Source: a virus. Taken from it: DNA of 34,434 bases. The position numbers and the translations under genes are program-made. The DNA lies in IMG/VR virus record IMGVR_UViG_3300020166_000004. One strand, written 5' to 3'. The notes under the pieces are model-generated. The model saw only the letters and a program-made list of their open reading frames with translations, was not told the DNA's origin and made no database searches. This document shows, in pieces, positions 13,427 through 23,631 of this stretch. The number at the start of each line of letters is the position of its first letter. Within the stretch, counting starts at the first letter, position 1.

Positions 13427-15067
13427 ATGTCCGATAACAAGTTTACACGGCATGAGGAGTGTCCAAAGTGCAGTAGCAGGAACAATCTAGCCAGATACTC
13501 AGACGGCCACGCTTATTGTTTTAGCACAGGTTGTGGTTACTTTGAACCTGCCACTGACACTGCGGTACAATCTTCCTCATTTACTAATGGAACCTATAAA
13601 CAGGTGGTGGTAACGGAAATGACAGGAATTATAGCAGCAATACCAGACAGGAGACTGTCTAAGGACACATGCCAGAAGTACGGTGTGCGCGTAGAGTACG
13701 GTCAGAACGGTGAGATAGCAAAGCATCACTACCCTTTCAAAGACGCTAACACAGGTGAGGTTGTATGCACCAAAGTGCGTATAGTCAAGGACAAACAGTT
13801 TCTCATTAACGGCAGCTACGGCAGCAATATGGGCTTGTTTGGTCAGGACACTTGCAGAGGTAGAGGCAAGTACATAACGATCACTGAGGGTGAGCTAGAC
13901 TGCTTGTCAGTGTCCGAGATGTTTGACAGGAAGTGGGACGTAGTGTCCCTACGGACTGGTGCAGCCTCAGCAGCCAAAGAGGTCAAAGAGCAGTTAGAGT
14001 TTCTTGAGGGTTATGAGAATGTTGTTCTGTGCTTTGATAACGATAAAGCTGGTGAGATAGCCACAGAGAGCGTTAAGGCGTTGTTTAGTCCCAACAAGCT
14101 GAAGATCTGTAAGCTACCCATGAAAGACCCCAGCGAGATGCTTGTGGCTAACAAGATCCGAGACTTCACTGCGGCATGGTGGGACGCTAAAGTACACAGA
14201 CCTGACGGTATTGTGGCAGGATCTGAGACTTGGGATCATCTCATTAACTCACGAAAGGTTAAGTCCATACCGTATCCGTGGTCAGGTCTTAACGAGCTTG
14301 TCAAGGGCGTCAGACCCTTTGAGCTTGTTACGATTACGTCAGGCAGTGGCATGGGTAAGTCTCAGCTTGTCAAGGAGGTTGAATACTTCCTGTTTAACGC
14401 TACGGAGGACAACATAGGCATCCTAGCCCTTGAAGAGTCCTTGTCACGCACTACATTAGGGATTATGTCAATGGCGGCTAACAAGCCACTACACTTAGAC
14501 GAAGACGCAGACACACTCAGCTTCAAGCCTTACTGGGACAGCACGTTAGGATCCAATCGGTTCTTCATGCTGGATCATTGGGGGTCTACGGGTGAGGACA
14601 CCTTGATGTCACAAATCCGATACTTAGCTAAAGCTATGGACTGTAAGTGGATAATTTTAGACCATTTATCCATCGTAGTTAGCAGTCAGGAAGGCGGTGA
14701 CGAGCGCAAGAACATAGACGCAATCATGACAAAACTCAGGACTTTGGTTCAGGAGTTAGGCGTAGGTCTGTTCTTAGTCAGTCACCTCAAACGCAGCAGC
14801 GGTCAGGCTCATGAGGACGGTGGTAAGATCTCTTTGTCTGAACTCAGAGGGTCACAGGCCATCGCTCAGTTGTCGGACATTGTGCTGGGTCTTGAGAGGG
14901 ATCAGCAGCATGACGACGAAGCAGTACGCAATACGACCACACTCAGGGTGCTCAAGAATCGCTACACGGGCTTGACAGGCCCAGCGTGTTACTTGAAGTA
15001 CGACAAAGTGACTGGACGGATGCTAGAGACAAACAAACCAGCGGAGGTTATTAACGGTGATTTCTAG
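13427..15067 (+). CDS. Bifunctional primase-helicase (T7 gp4-like)
   Basis: The ATG at 13427 follows AAGGAG. Features are an N-terminal zinc finger CPKCSSRNN...CFSTGCG, a TOPRIM-like EGELD...DNDKAG, the DnaB-family Walker A SGSGMGKS, and a C-terminus NGDF. Confidence 0.9.
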   Translation: MSDNKFTRHEECPKCSSRNNLARYSDGHAYCFSTGCGYFEPATDTAVQSSSFTNGTYKQVVVTEMTGIIAAIPDRRLSKDTCQKYGVRVEYGQNGEIAKHHYPFKDANTGEVVCTKVRIVKDKQFLINGSYGSNMGLFGQDTCRGRGKYITITEGELDCLSVSEMFDRKWDVVSLRTGAASAAKEVKEQLEFLEGYENVVLCFDNDKAGEIATESVKALFSPNKLKICKLPMKDPSEMLVANKIRDFTAAWWDAKVHRPDGIVAGSETWDHLINSRKVKSIPYPWSGLNELVKGVRPFELVTITSGSGMGKSQLVKEVEYFLFNATEDNIGILALEESLSRTTLGIMSMAANKPLHLDEDADTLSFKPYWDSTLGSNRFFMLDHWGSTGEDTLMSQIRYLAKAMDCKWIILDHLSIVVSSQEGGDERKNIDAIMTKLRTLVQELGVGLFLVSHLKRSSGQAHEDGGKISLSELRGSQAIAQLSDIVLGLERDQQHDDEAVRNTTTLRVLKNRYTGLTGPACYLKYDKVTGRMLETNKPAEVINGDF

Positions 15068-15596
15068 TTACGATGACATTATAGAGCGGGTAGTGACAAC
15101 GCCCATCATGACGGCAGCGCATGAGAAGTCAATGGAGATGGGAACCCTGAAGAACTCAGTAACAAACGGAGCTGGTAATCTTGTAGGGTTTGTCGGTGAA
15201 GGTTTAGTTCATGAATACTTGCAGGATCAAGGCCAAATGTGCGGCTGGACTAACACGTATGATTATGATTTAATCCTTGAGGGTGACATAACGATTGACG
15301 TAAAGTCAAAGCGTACAGGTTTCCCACCCAGACTTGACTATGAGTGTTCAATCACAGCCTACAATACTAAACAGAAGTGTGACGTATACGTATTCACTAG
15401 AGTACGTAGCGACATGACTATAGGATGGATCTTAGGTTTCTTGCCAAAGAGCGAATACTTTGACAAAGCAACCTTTATGGAGAAGGGAACTGTTGACTCT
15501 TCTAATGGATGGAAGGTAAAGTCGGACTGCTACAACGTTCCGATTAATGAGCTGAGACCAATACATGAACTTATTAAACAAAACGCTGATACTTGA
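15057..15596 (+). CDS. PD-(D/E)XK nuclease-fold protein
   Basis: 179 aa with a GTG start 9 nt after GGAGG. It has the E...D...D-x-K pattern (GEGLVHEYL, YDYDLIL, IDVKSK). Confidence 0.5.
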   Translation: MISSYDDIIERVVTTPIMTAAHEKSMEMGTLKNSVTNGAGNLVGFVGEGLVHEYLQDQGQMCGWTNTYDYDLILEGDITIDVKSKRTGFPPRLDYECSITAYNTKQKCDVYVFTRVRSDMTIGWILGFLPKSEYFDKATFMEKGTVDSSNGWKVKSDCYNVPINELRPIHELIKQNADT

Positions 15597-17286
15597 CATT
15601 GAGACTGACGGTCTTGACCCCACTAAGATCTGGTGCTGTGCTACCAATCTGTTTGACACCGTGTACGATGCTGAGACATTTAACACAAAGTTAGCAGAGC
15701 TGGACGTACAGAGGATTGTAGCCCACAACGGCATAGGGTTTGACTATACTGTTATGTCTAAACTGTGGGATGTTGATTGGTCTGGTTACGAGCTTATGGA
15801 TTCGTTAGTCCTCTCAAGACTAGCCAACCCATCCAGAGAAGCTGGTCACAGCCTAAGACAGTGGGGTGAGCGTTTAGGCTTCCCCAAAGGAGACCATGAG
15901 GACTGGTCACAGTTAAGCCCAGAGATGGTCAAGTACTGTGAGCAGGACGTAGCGGTCACTGTTCGTGTTCTGGAGTGCTTACAGGACGAGCTGGTAGGTT
16001 TCAGTGAAGAGTCCGTAAAGCTTGAGCATGACGTTCAGAGGATCATTCAGCAGCAGATTAAGAATGGCTGGTTGATTGACCCTAAACACACTAACGATTT
16101 GATAGCATTATTGAAGGAGAAGAAATATGAATTGGAAGAGACTGTTCAGAGGACTTTTCTGCCTCTGCCTGTCTTTGTTAAAGAAGTTACTCCGAAAGTT
16201 AAGAAGGACGGTACGCTGTCTGCGGTTGGCCTAAAGTTTCTGGGGGATCAGTCTGAGAATGTGGCTGGCTGGTTTTCTCGTATAGACTATCCCCCTTTTA
16301 ACTTAGGATCAAGACAGCAGATAGGCAGGTACTTACAGTGGTTCGGTTGGAAGCCTAAGACTTTCACTGAGAAGGGACAACCCATTGTGGACGAATCAGT
16401 TTTAGAAACTGTTACGGATATACCTGAAGCAAAACTCATAGCCGAATACCTTATGATCCAGAAGCGTGTAGCTCAAGTACAGAGCTGGTTGGATGCTGTT
16501 CAGGATGACGGTAGAGTACATGGTTACGTAAACACTAATGGCGCTGTAACAGGCCGTATGACACACTCAAGCCCTAACATGGCTCAAGTACCTGCGGTGT
16601 ACTCACCGTATGGTCATGAGTGTAGATCTTGTTGGTCTGCACCTGAGGGTTACAGCATTGTAGGTTGTGACGCTAGTGGTCTTGAGTTACGTATGTTGGC
16701 ACACTACATGAAGGACGAGGACTACACAAATGAAATCATTAACGGAGATATACACACTGCTAACCAACGACTTGCAGGACTTGAATCAAGAAATCAGGCT
16801 AAAACTTTTATTTATGCCCTCTTATACGGCGCAGGAGATGAAAAACTTGGGTCTGTGGCTGGAGGAGGAAGAGAGGCTGGCAAACAGCTTAGAGAATCTT
16901 TCCTCAATAATCTCCCATCATTCGCAGCTCTTAAGGACAGAGTATCTGAAGCAGCTGGAAGAGGATACCTCATTGGACTTGACGGTAGAAAGCTCGGAGT
17001 CAGATCTGAACATTCCGCTCTAAACACCTTGCTACAGTCAGCAGGTTCTTTAGTAATGAAAAAAGCTTTGACACTTCTGGATGACTATGGTAAAATATGG
17101 GGTATAGACTATAAGTTTGTTGGTAACATTCACGATGAGATACAAGCTGAAGTTATTAATGAGCGTACAGATACCTTTGGGAGACTGGCCGTGTCCTGTA
17201 TACAGGCAGCGGGTCTTGAATGGAAACTTAACTGTCCTCTGGACGGAGAATATAAGGTAGGAAAGACATGGGCACAGACACACTAA
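15565..17286 (+). CDS. Family A DNA polymerase with 3'-5' exonuclease domain
   Basis: 573 aa with ExoI LILDIETDGL, motif A DASGLELR, motif B RNQAKTFIYALLYGAG and motif C NIHDEIQ. Confidence 0.92.
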   Translation: MNLLNKTLILDIETDGLDPTKIWCCATNLFDTVYDAETFNTKLAELDVQRIVAHNGIGFDYTVMSKLWDVDWSGYELMDSLVLSRLANPSREAGHSLRQWGERLGFPKGDHEDWSQLSPEMVKYCEQDVAVTVRVLECLQDELVGFSEESVKLEHDVQRIIQQQIKNGWLIDPKHTNDLIALLKEKKYELEETVQRTFLPLPVFVKEVTPKVKKDGTLSAVGLKFLGDQSENVAGWFSRIDYPPFNLGSRQQIGRYLQWFGWKPKTFTEKGQPIVDESVLETVTDIPEAKLIAEYLMIQKRVAQVQSWLDAVQDDGRVHGYVNTNGAVTGRMTHSSPNMAQVPAVYSPYGHECRSCWSAPEGYSIVGCDASGLELRMLAHYMKDEDYTNEIINGDIHTANQRLAGLESRNQAKTFIYALLYGAGDEKLGSVAGGGREAGKQLRESFLNNLPSFAALKDRVSEAAGRGYLIGLDGRKLGVRSEHSALNTLLQSAGSLVMKKALTLLDDYGKIWGIDYKFVGNIHDEIQAEVINERTDTFGRLAVSCIQAAGLEWKLNCPLDGEYKVGKTWAQTH

Positions 17287-18137
17287 TAGAAGACATCTAT
17301 GGCTTGGTGTCTACCAAAGAAGTTGCTGACGGGGTAGACATAGACAAAGAGATAGAAACATTCGGAGAAGCAATTAAAGAACTCATGAGGGCTGAGTTTA
17401 AATCGGAAGATAGACCTAAAGATACCAGAAAGCTACGCCTGTCAAGCATAGGCAGGACTGACAGGTATCTTTGGAATCAGTACCACAATACCGAAGGTGA
17501 GGAATTGCAGCCTCACACCCTAGTAAAGTTCCTGTACGGGCATGTCATTGAGGAGTTAGTCTTATTCCTAACTAGAGCCTCTGGGCATGAAGTCACCTGT
17601 GAACAGAAAAGGTGTGAGGTTGAGGGTGTTAAGGGCAGCATGGACTGTCGTATTGACGGTGTTGTTACGGACGTTAAGTCAGCCAGCGCCTTTGCCTTTA
17701 AGAAGTTTCAAGATAAAACTTTACCCCTAAACGATTCCTTTGGATACGTGGATCAGCTTAAAGCTTATGCTCATTCCGAAGGTGAACGGAAGATTGCTTG
17801 GCTGGCTATGGACAAAGCCAATGGTCACTTAACCTTCTGTGAGCATGATCTTGATAATGAGTTTGACCCCATGCACGAACACTTGAAAGGTGACATTGCG
17901 GAAAGGGTTAAGCACGTTAAGAAGATGGTCAAAGGCCCAGAGCCTAAGGAGTTCTGCTATGAAGACGTACCAGACGGTAAGTCAGGGAACCGTAAGCTTG
18001 CCATTGGCTGTTCTTACTGTCAGTTTAAAGATCACTGTTACCCTGATCTACGTACTTTTATCTACGCAAATGGGCCAAAGTACTTGACAAAGGTAGTTAA
18101 ACAACCACTCGTATCAGAGGTTCCAGATGGTTTCTAA
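17268..18137 (+). CDS. Cas4/RecB-like PD-(D/E)XK exonuclease with a C-terminal cysteine cluster
   Basis: 289 aa with MDCRIDGVVTDVKS (D...D-x-K) and CYED...CSYCQFKDHC. The C-terminus is VPDGF. Confidence 0.6.
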   Translation: MGTDTLIEDIYGLVSTKEVADGVDIDKEIETFGEAIKELMRAEFKSEDRPKDTRKLRLSSIGRTDRYLWNQYHNTEGEELQPHTLVKFLYGHVIEELVLFLTRASGHEVTCEQKRCEVEGVKGSMDCRIDGVVTDVKSASAFAFKKFQDKTLPLNDSFGYVDQLKAYAHSEGERKIAWLAMDKANGHLTFCEHDLDNEFDPMHEHLKGDIAERVKHVKKMVKGPEPKEFCYEDVPDGKSGNRKLAIGCSYCQFKDHCYPDLRTFIYANGPKYLTKVVKQPLVSEVPDGF

Positions 18138-18507
18138 GAATTATGGAAGGTACAGGTCAGGTCTTGAGAAGAAGTTTGCTGAAGCCTTACCCCGAAAGTT
18201 TATGGCTTACGAGCCTTTTGATATGCCCTACACGGTACATAGACATTACAAGCCTGACTTTGTGTATAAGGATTGGATGCTGGTGGAGTGCAAGGGATTC
18301 TTTAGGGAAGGAGACACACTTAAATATAAATCAATTAGGGATTGTCTGGAGGAAGATCAGGAGTTGGTCTTTCTTCTTTCAGATCCCAACAAGAAAGTAA
18401 GGAAGGGCGCTAAGATGACAATGGGACAATGGTGTGATAAGGAAAAGTTAAAGCACTTTACCCTAGCAACAACACAAGAGTTAATTGATTATGCCAATGC
18501 TAATTGA
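18127..18507 (+). CDS. Endodeoxyribonuclease I (T7 gp3-like Holliday junction resolvase)
   Basis: 126 aa. SGLEKKFAEAL...YEPFDMPYT...YKPDFVY...LVECKG...GQWCDKE is colinear with T7 endonuclease I motifs. Confidence 0.8.
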   Translation: MVSKNYGRYRSGLEKKFAEALPRKFMAYEPFDMPYTVHRHYKPDFVYKDWMLVECKGFFREGDTLKYKSIRDCLEEDQELVFLLSDPNKKVRKGAKMTMGQWCDKEKLKHFTLATTQELIDYANAN

Positions 18508-18664
18508 TGAGTTAAGAGAACGAATCCTTCAGGAGTACGATGTAGACTTACTGTGTGAAGTCTTGGACATAACTGCTGAAGACATTTTAGATGCCTTTGA
18601 GCATAGATTTATAGACAAGCAGGAGCTATTTAGAGAGTTGGAGGATTTGTATGTCGAAGATTAA
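18491..18664 (+). CDS. Small acidic hypothetical protein (57 aa, below the ORF-track cutoff)
   Basis: Hand translation gives MPMLIDELRERILQEYDVDLLCEVLDITAEDILDAFEHRFIDKQELFRELEDLYVED. It fills an otherwise unassigned gap. Confidence 0.4.
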   Translation: MPMLIDELRERILQEYDVDLLCEVLDITAEDILDAFEHRFIDKQELFRELEDLYVED

Positions 18665-18923
18665 TGACGTTATGCAGCTTAGGGCTGACCCTACACCTGA
18701 GGAGTGGAACGATGTAGTAAATAAACCCCCACACTACAATCAGGGCGGTATGGAAGCCATAGACTACATTAAACAACAATTAGGTGAAGGAATTGTTGAC
18801 TACTGTGAGGGAAATGTGCTAAAGTATTTACATAGGTGGCGCTACAAGAACGGGCTACAGGACTTGCAGAAGGCTCAGTGGTACTTAAACAAGATGGTCA
18901 AAGAACAATCGGAGCTAGAATGA
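18651..18923 (+). CDS. DUF3310-family phage protein
   Basis: 90 aa. NKPPHYNQGGMEAIDYI...NVLKYLHRWRYKNGLQDLQKAQWYL fits the DUF3310 signature. Confidence 0.7.
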   Translation: MSKINDVMQLRADPTPEEWNDVVNKPPHYNQGGMEAIDYIKQQLGEGIVDYCEGNVLKYLHRWRYKNGLQDLQKAQWYLNKMVKEQSELE

Positions 18924-19156
18924 AGGTAATTGAAGGAAACTTTGGTGAGAAAGCCAACGAAGACAAGATAACAGTACCTTTGGTATTCAACGCAATCACT
19001 GAGAAGGAAGACCTAACCACCTATGAAGATGCTTTCTGTGTTGTCAAGTCGGAGGAATTTATTGTTGTGTCTACCAATATGGACACTCTTGACTTATACT
19101 TCCTACTGGATCAATTAAAACTATCACTATTAACTGGAGGGGACTACGAACTCTAA
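18920..19156 (+). CDS. Hypothetical protein
   Basis: This is the ORF-track frame 18836-19156. I prefer the ATG at 18920, which overlaps the upstream stop as ATGA. Confidence 0.45.
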   Translation: MKVIEGNFGEKANEDKITVPLVFNAITEKEDLTTYEDAFCVVKSEEFIVVSTNMDTLDLYFLLDQLKLSLLTGGDYEL

Positions 19157-21027
19157 TGGATCAATATCAACAATACATACATAAATCACGGTACGCACGT
19201 TACTTGGACGATGAGGGACGCAGGGAGACTTGGGACGAGACAGTTAATCGCTACATTGATTTCTTTGCAGAGCGTGGCTCAATAGATCAGGGGCAAGCCT
19301 TTGAGCTGTTCAACGCCATCAGGGACATGCAGGTAATGCCCTCCATGCGCTGTATAATGACCGCAGGGACGGCTTTAAAGCGGGACAATGTTGCAGCCTT
19401 TAACTGTTCTTACCTGCCCATAGACAGCCCCAGATCCTTTGACGAGCTTATGTACATCCTCATGTGCGGTACGGGCGTAGGGTTCAGCGTTGAGCGGGAC
19501 TACGTTAATCAGCTCCCTGTGGTTGCTGACAGCTTCCATGACACAAAGACAACCGTTGTGGTGTCCGACAGTAAGGTAGGCTGGGCTAGTGCCTTCAGAG
19601 AGCTTATAAGCCTCCTGTACGCAGGTAAGGTTCCTAAGTGTGACTTGACTAAGGTTAGGGCTGCGGGTGCTAGACTCAAGACCTTTGGCGGTAGAGCCAG
19701 TGGGCCACAACCTTTGGCTGACTTGTTTAACTTCTCAGTGGACTTGTTTAAAGGTGCGGCAGGGCGCAAGCTAACGTCCCTTGAGTGCCATGACTTAGTG
19801 TGCAAGATTGCAGACATTGTAGTCGTTGGTGGTGTCCGAAGGTCTGCCCTAATCTCTTTGAGCAATGTTACTGACAATCGTATGGCTAACGCTAAGAACG
19901 GTGAGTGGTACATTAGCAACGGTCAAAGAGCCTTAGCAAACAACAGTGCTGTGTACTCTGAGAAGCCTGACTTTGACACTTACTCATCCGAGATGAAGCG
20001 TCTGTATGACTCTAAGTCTGGGGAGCGTGGGATCTTTAGCCGCATTGCAGCACAGAATGTAGCGGCACGTAACGAGCGCAGGGATGCGACACACAAGTTT
20101 GGGACTAACCCATGCTCTGAGATCATACTACGCCCCTATCAGTTCTGTAATCTCTCTGAGGTGATTGTACGTACAGACGATACATTGCAGACCCTTAAAG
20201 AGAAGGTACGCCTAGCGACCATCTTAGGGACTCTACAGGCTACCCTTACGGACTTCCGATACCTACGGAACATCTGGAAGCGTAACACTGAGGAAGAGGC
20301 TTTGCTGGGTGTCTCAATGACGGGCATCATGGACTGTAAGCTGACCAATGGGTCTACAGGTGAGGAGGCTTTGGGTAAGCTTCTGGACAACCTGAGGACT
20401 GTAGCTGTTGAGACTAACCGACAGTGGGCCTCAGCTCTGGGTATCAATCAGTCAGTAGCCATTACGTGCGTCAAGCCCTCTGGTACTGTCTCACAGTTGA
20501 CTGACAGCGCCAGTGGTATTCATCCACGCTTTAGTGACTACTATGTCCGTACTGTTAGGGCTGACAAGAAGGATCCTCTGGCTACCGCTATGATTGACAG
20601 AGGTTTTCCTCATGAAGAGGACGTAATGAATAACTCTAATTGGGTATTCTCGTTCCCTCAGAAGGCTCCGAGCAAGGCTGTGACTGTGGAAAGCATGGGC
20701 GCTATGGAACAGCTAAGGCTCTGGAAGACCTACCAAGACCATTGGTGTGAACATAAGCCCTCCATGACTTGCTACTACAACGACGACAATTTCTTTGCTG
20801 TCTGTCAGTGGATCTGGGAGAACTTTGATAGCGTTAGTGGGATCAGCTTCCTCCCAGAAGCCGAGCACGTATACAAGCAAGCTCCTTATCAGAAGATAGA
20901 TAAAGAAACATATCAGAAGCTGTCTAAAGAGATGCCTAAGGGGATGCAATGGGATATTGAGGAGTCCAGTGATAATACCGAAGGGGCGCAAACCTTAGCT
21001 TGTGTAGCTGGAGTCTGCGAGATATAA
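19156..21027 (+). CDS. nrdJ: Ribonucleotide reductase, probably class II (B12-dependent, monomeric type)
   Basis: 623 aa with the active-site loop NPCSEI and a C-terminal cysteine pair CVAGVCEI. The genome has no small-subunit (NrdB-like) gene, and the protein has no glycyl-radical C-terminus. Confidence 0.75.
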   Translation: MDQYQQYIHKSRYARYLDDEGRRETWDETVNRYIDFFAERGSIDQGQAFELFNAIRDMQVMPSMRCIMTAGTALKRDNVAAFNCSYLPIDSPRSFDELMYILMCGTGVGFSVERDYVNQLPVVADSFHDTKTTVVVSDSKVGWASAFRELISLLYAGKVPKCDLTKVRAAGARLKTFGGRASGPQPLADLFNFSVDLFKGAAGRKLTSLECHDLVCKIADIVVVGGVRRSALISLSNVTDNRMANAKNGEWYISNGQRALANNSAVYSEKPDFDTYSSEMKRLYDSKSGERGIFSRIAAQNVAARNERRDATHKFGTNPCSEIILRPYQFCNLSEVIVRTDDTLQTLKEKVRLATILGTLQATLTDFRYLRNIWKRNTEEEALLGVSMTGIMDCKLTNGSTGEEALGKLLDNLRTVAVETNRQWASALGINQSVAITCVKPSGTVSQLTDSASGIHPRFSDYYVRTVRADKKDPLATAMIDRGFPHEEDVMNNSNWVFSFPQKAPSKAVTVESMGAMEQLRLWKTYQDHWCEHKPSMTCYYNDDNFFAVCQWIWENFDSVSGISFLPEAEHVYKQAPYQKIDKETYQKLSKEMPKGMQWDIEESSDNTEGAQTLACVAGVCEI

Positions 21028-21031
21028 ACTT

Positions 21032-21058
21032 AGGGGGCGCAATGCCCCCTTTTGTTTA
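21032..21058 (+). terminator. Rho-independent terminator at the convergence point of the two units
   Basis: AGGGGGC-GCAAT-GCCCCCT followed by TTTTGTTT. It lies 5 nt after the RNR stop and overlaps the stop of the convergent 849-aa gene. Confidence 0.8.
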
Positions 21059-23605
21059 CTGTGCTTTTCTTTTTTCTACAGCAGCAATTAAAGACTTATA
21101 AACTTTAGGGTTTAATCTTTGTAACTCAGATAGTTTTCCAGACTTAGAAAGATTTTGATATGCTTTTATTTTTCTTTGGTCTGTTTGGGACATAAGAATA
21201 TCCATCTGAGTATAAGTGCCTTCTTCAGCACCCATAGCTCCAGAATCTCCAACACCAGCTAATCTGCTTATTGTCTTTTCTACTGGTTTTTTACTCATCA
21301 GATTAGCTAACCCTTGTTGCCAGCCTGTTTGACCAACCAAAGTTCTTTGAGCTGCTTGAGTTCCTAATCCAGAAGCTATACCAGCGCCAGTTATAGGAGC
21401 AGCCAAAATACCTCCTAAACCTAAACCTATCACAGGAGAAGCTAAAGAAGACGTATAGAAAACTTTTATAAGCGCAGAATCTTCAGAAGATTTTTTAAGA
21501 GAATCAAGTTCTTCTGTGAAACTTTTTAATTCTGCAAGCCTTTGGTTGGTTGAAGCAAGTTCTGTTTCTATTTCAGCAGTACGCTCGGCATTATAAACTT
21601 TAGTTTTTTGTTGTTTTTCTAAATCTTTTATTCTATTTTCTAAGTCTTTCTTAGCGGAAAGGTTGTTTTTCTTACTATTTCTTTCCATGTTTCTAATAGC
21701 TTCTTCTGAAAGCTCACTAATAGTCTCGTCTTGTTTAATGTTTAAATCTCTTAACTCTTCAGCTTCTCTTTGAAAGACTCCTCTTTTTTCTTGAGCATCT
21801 TTTGGAAAAAGCTTTTTAAGTGTACCTAAATAGTCATCAGCAGTAAAGGCTCCACTTTTCTTAGTGGATTGAAGAACGCTTTCCCTTAAAGCTAAGTTTG
21901 TTTTCCAGCGTTGCTTTTCAGCCTTAAAAGCTTCAAAGGCAGTCCCCGACAATTGCGATTCAATCCTGTCGTTAAGAACATCTATTAGTCTTTTTATTTG
22001 ATAACCTTGAGCAGCACCAGCACCTTGATCTGGATACATATTACCAATTCTTCCTAATTCTGAACGCATACTTGAAAGCTCTTCACCAGAAATCCAACCA
22101 TTTCTGTTTGTTTTTCTTTCTAAAAAAGAAGCAATAAAAGTAGCAACGTCTTCCCCTCCGTTGAGCTTAGGACTTAAAGCAGAAAGCTCAGTATTAATAA
22201 GATCCTCTAACTCTTTACTGATCTGTTCTTTATTAATTCTAAAGCTTCTATTTTTTAACATCCCAAATACAGAATCTGCGCTCCAAGCCTCGTTAATTAA
22301 ACGCTGTCTAATTTGAGGGTCTGCCGCATTTTTAATTTCCTCTACTATTTCTTTTGGGGCGTTTACAGGAATAGAATCTATAGCTAAGTTAACTCTAAAA
22401 GCGGCGTTTGCAAGGTTTATTGCGGAATCGCTTTCCTTAGCAGCATCGGTTTTTATTTTTAATTTAGCATCGGATAGGTTAAAAGACTCTTCTAAGTCTT
22501 CAGCTTTAGCTTCAGCTTTTAACTGAGAAACTTTTTGTTCTACAACAGTGCTATTTTTAGCTTGTGATAATTTAGCTTTTGCTACGTTAATCGCTTGTTC
22601 TGTTTTTACACCTTCTTTAGCAAGTTCTTGGTCTGCTCTTACACTAACCTGTTTAGCTTGGCTTTCTAAAAGACTATCACTTCCAAAGGCTTTATTTAAA
22701 ACTTTATTGTACATCCAACCTAAAGTTTTTTCATAAGTTCCTGCTGCTCTTTCTTTTAAAGCTATTGAAAGAGGAATAAAATCTTCTTTTTGACCTATTT
22801 GTTGTGCAATCCTATTTTTAGAAACTCCATTAAGAACATAGTTTAACCCCGTCATCATTGGAAGACCAAAAGCTACGCCCATCCCAGCGCCCGTAACCCC
22901 TGCTTCAACTAAATCAGAACCTTGCTCTGCATAACCTATTCCCGCTAAACCGCCTTCAGCGGCTAACAAAGGAGCATAAGGCGCTGCTTGTTTACCTGCT
23001 TGTAATAAACCACCCGCTACTGTAGGAGTAGCAGCTATTGAAGCTTCTAACGCTGTTGCAGGAGCTGGTGTTAAAGCAGCTCTTTGTAAAGCACTTTGTA
23101 ACCCTCTTTGCTGGATAGCCTGTACAGCGGGTTGAACAGCCCTTGTAGATGATAAGGCTTTTCCAGCCGATTGTAACCCTTTAAAAGCAGCGGTTCCAGA
23201 GCCTACCGCCCCTAATACATTTAAACCCAAAGCTAAACCAAAGTTATCATCAGCCCATTTAGCTTGCTGAGTTTCTAACTCTTTTATCATCTCCCGCCTA
23301 ACTTCCAAATAAGATTTATCTTCTACAAGTTCTGGCTGTAAAAGCTGAACCATTCCAGCAGAAATACTTGCCCCTATCTCATCGCTAAAACCATAGAAAA
23401 ATCCATCAAGAATAGCTCTTGAAGCCATCATTGGGTCTTCTAACCAGTTTTCTTTAGAAGAAGCTTCTTCATTCAGTTCAGACAACAAAACAGGGTCTGT
23501 AACAGACTCAGCAGAAAACTGTCTTTCTATGGAGGGAGTGTTTTTTTCAGACTCATAAAGCCCCCTAAGTTCTTCTAACAACGCGGGATCTGTAACTTTA
23601 TCCAT
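21056..23605 (-). CDS. Large internal virion / ejection protein candidate
   Basis: 849 aa, last gene of the tail/internal block. It has glycine-zipper hydrophobic segments (GLALGLNVLGAVGSG, VIGLGLGGILAAPITGAGIASGLG) and long K/E-rich coiled-coil stretches. Confidence 0.5.
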   Translation of the reverse strand: MDKVTDPALLEELRGLYESEKNTPSIERQFSAESVTDPVLLSELNEEASSKENWLEDPMMASRAILDGFFYGFSDEIGASISAGMVQLLQPELVEDKSYLEVRREMIKELETQQAKWADDNFGLALGLNVLGAVGSGTAAFKGLQSAGKALSSTRAVQPAVQAIQQRGLQSALQRAALTPAPATALEASIAATPTVAGGLLQAGKQAAPYAPLLAAEGGLAGIGYAEQGSDLVEAGVTGAGMGVAFGLPMMTGLNYVLNGVSKNRIAQQIGQKEDFIPLSIALKERAAGTYEKTLGWMYNKVLNKAFGSDSLLESQAKQVSVRADQELAKEGVKTEQAINVAKAKLSQAKNSTVVEQKVSQLKAEAKAEDLEESFNLSDAKLKIKTDAAKESDSAINLANAAFRVNLAIDSIPVNAPKEIVEEIKNAADPQIRQRLINEAWSADSVFGMLKNRSFRINKEQISKELEDLINTELSALSPKLNGGEDVATFIASFLERKTNRNGWISGEELSSMRSELGRIGNMYPDQGAGAAQGYQIKRLIDVLNDRIESQLSGTAFEAFKAEKQRWKTNLALRESVLQSTKKSGAFTADDYLGTLKKLFPKDAQEKRGVFQREAEELRDLNIKQDETISELSEEAIRNMERNSKKNNLSAKKDLENRIKDLEKQQKTKVYNAERTAEIETELASTNQRLAELKSFTEELDSLKKSSEDSALIKVFYTSSLASPVIGLGLGGILAAPITGAGIASGLGTQAAQRTLVGQTGWQQGLANLMSKKPVEKTISRLAGVGDSGAMGAEEGTYTQMDILMSQTDQRKIKAYQNLSKSGKLSELQRLNPKVYKSLIAAVEKRKAQ

Positions 23606-23631
23606 TATATTTTACCTTTAAAGATTTAAAC

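Noticed and set aside
21056-23605. 849-aa ORF considered as a candidate single-subunit RNA polymerase or tape measure protein
   Set aside because: It lies on the structural strand and is low-complexity coiled coil with glycine-zipper segments and no polymerase-type acidic motifs. The phage has podovirus-type gp11/gp12-like tail genes and no tail tube or sheath, so an internal ejection protein is more plausible.
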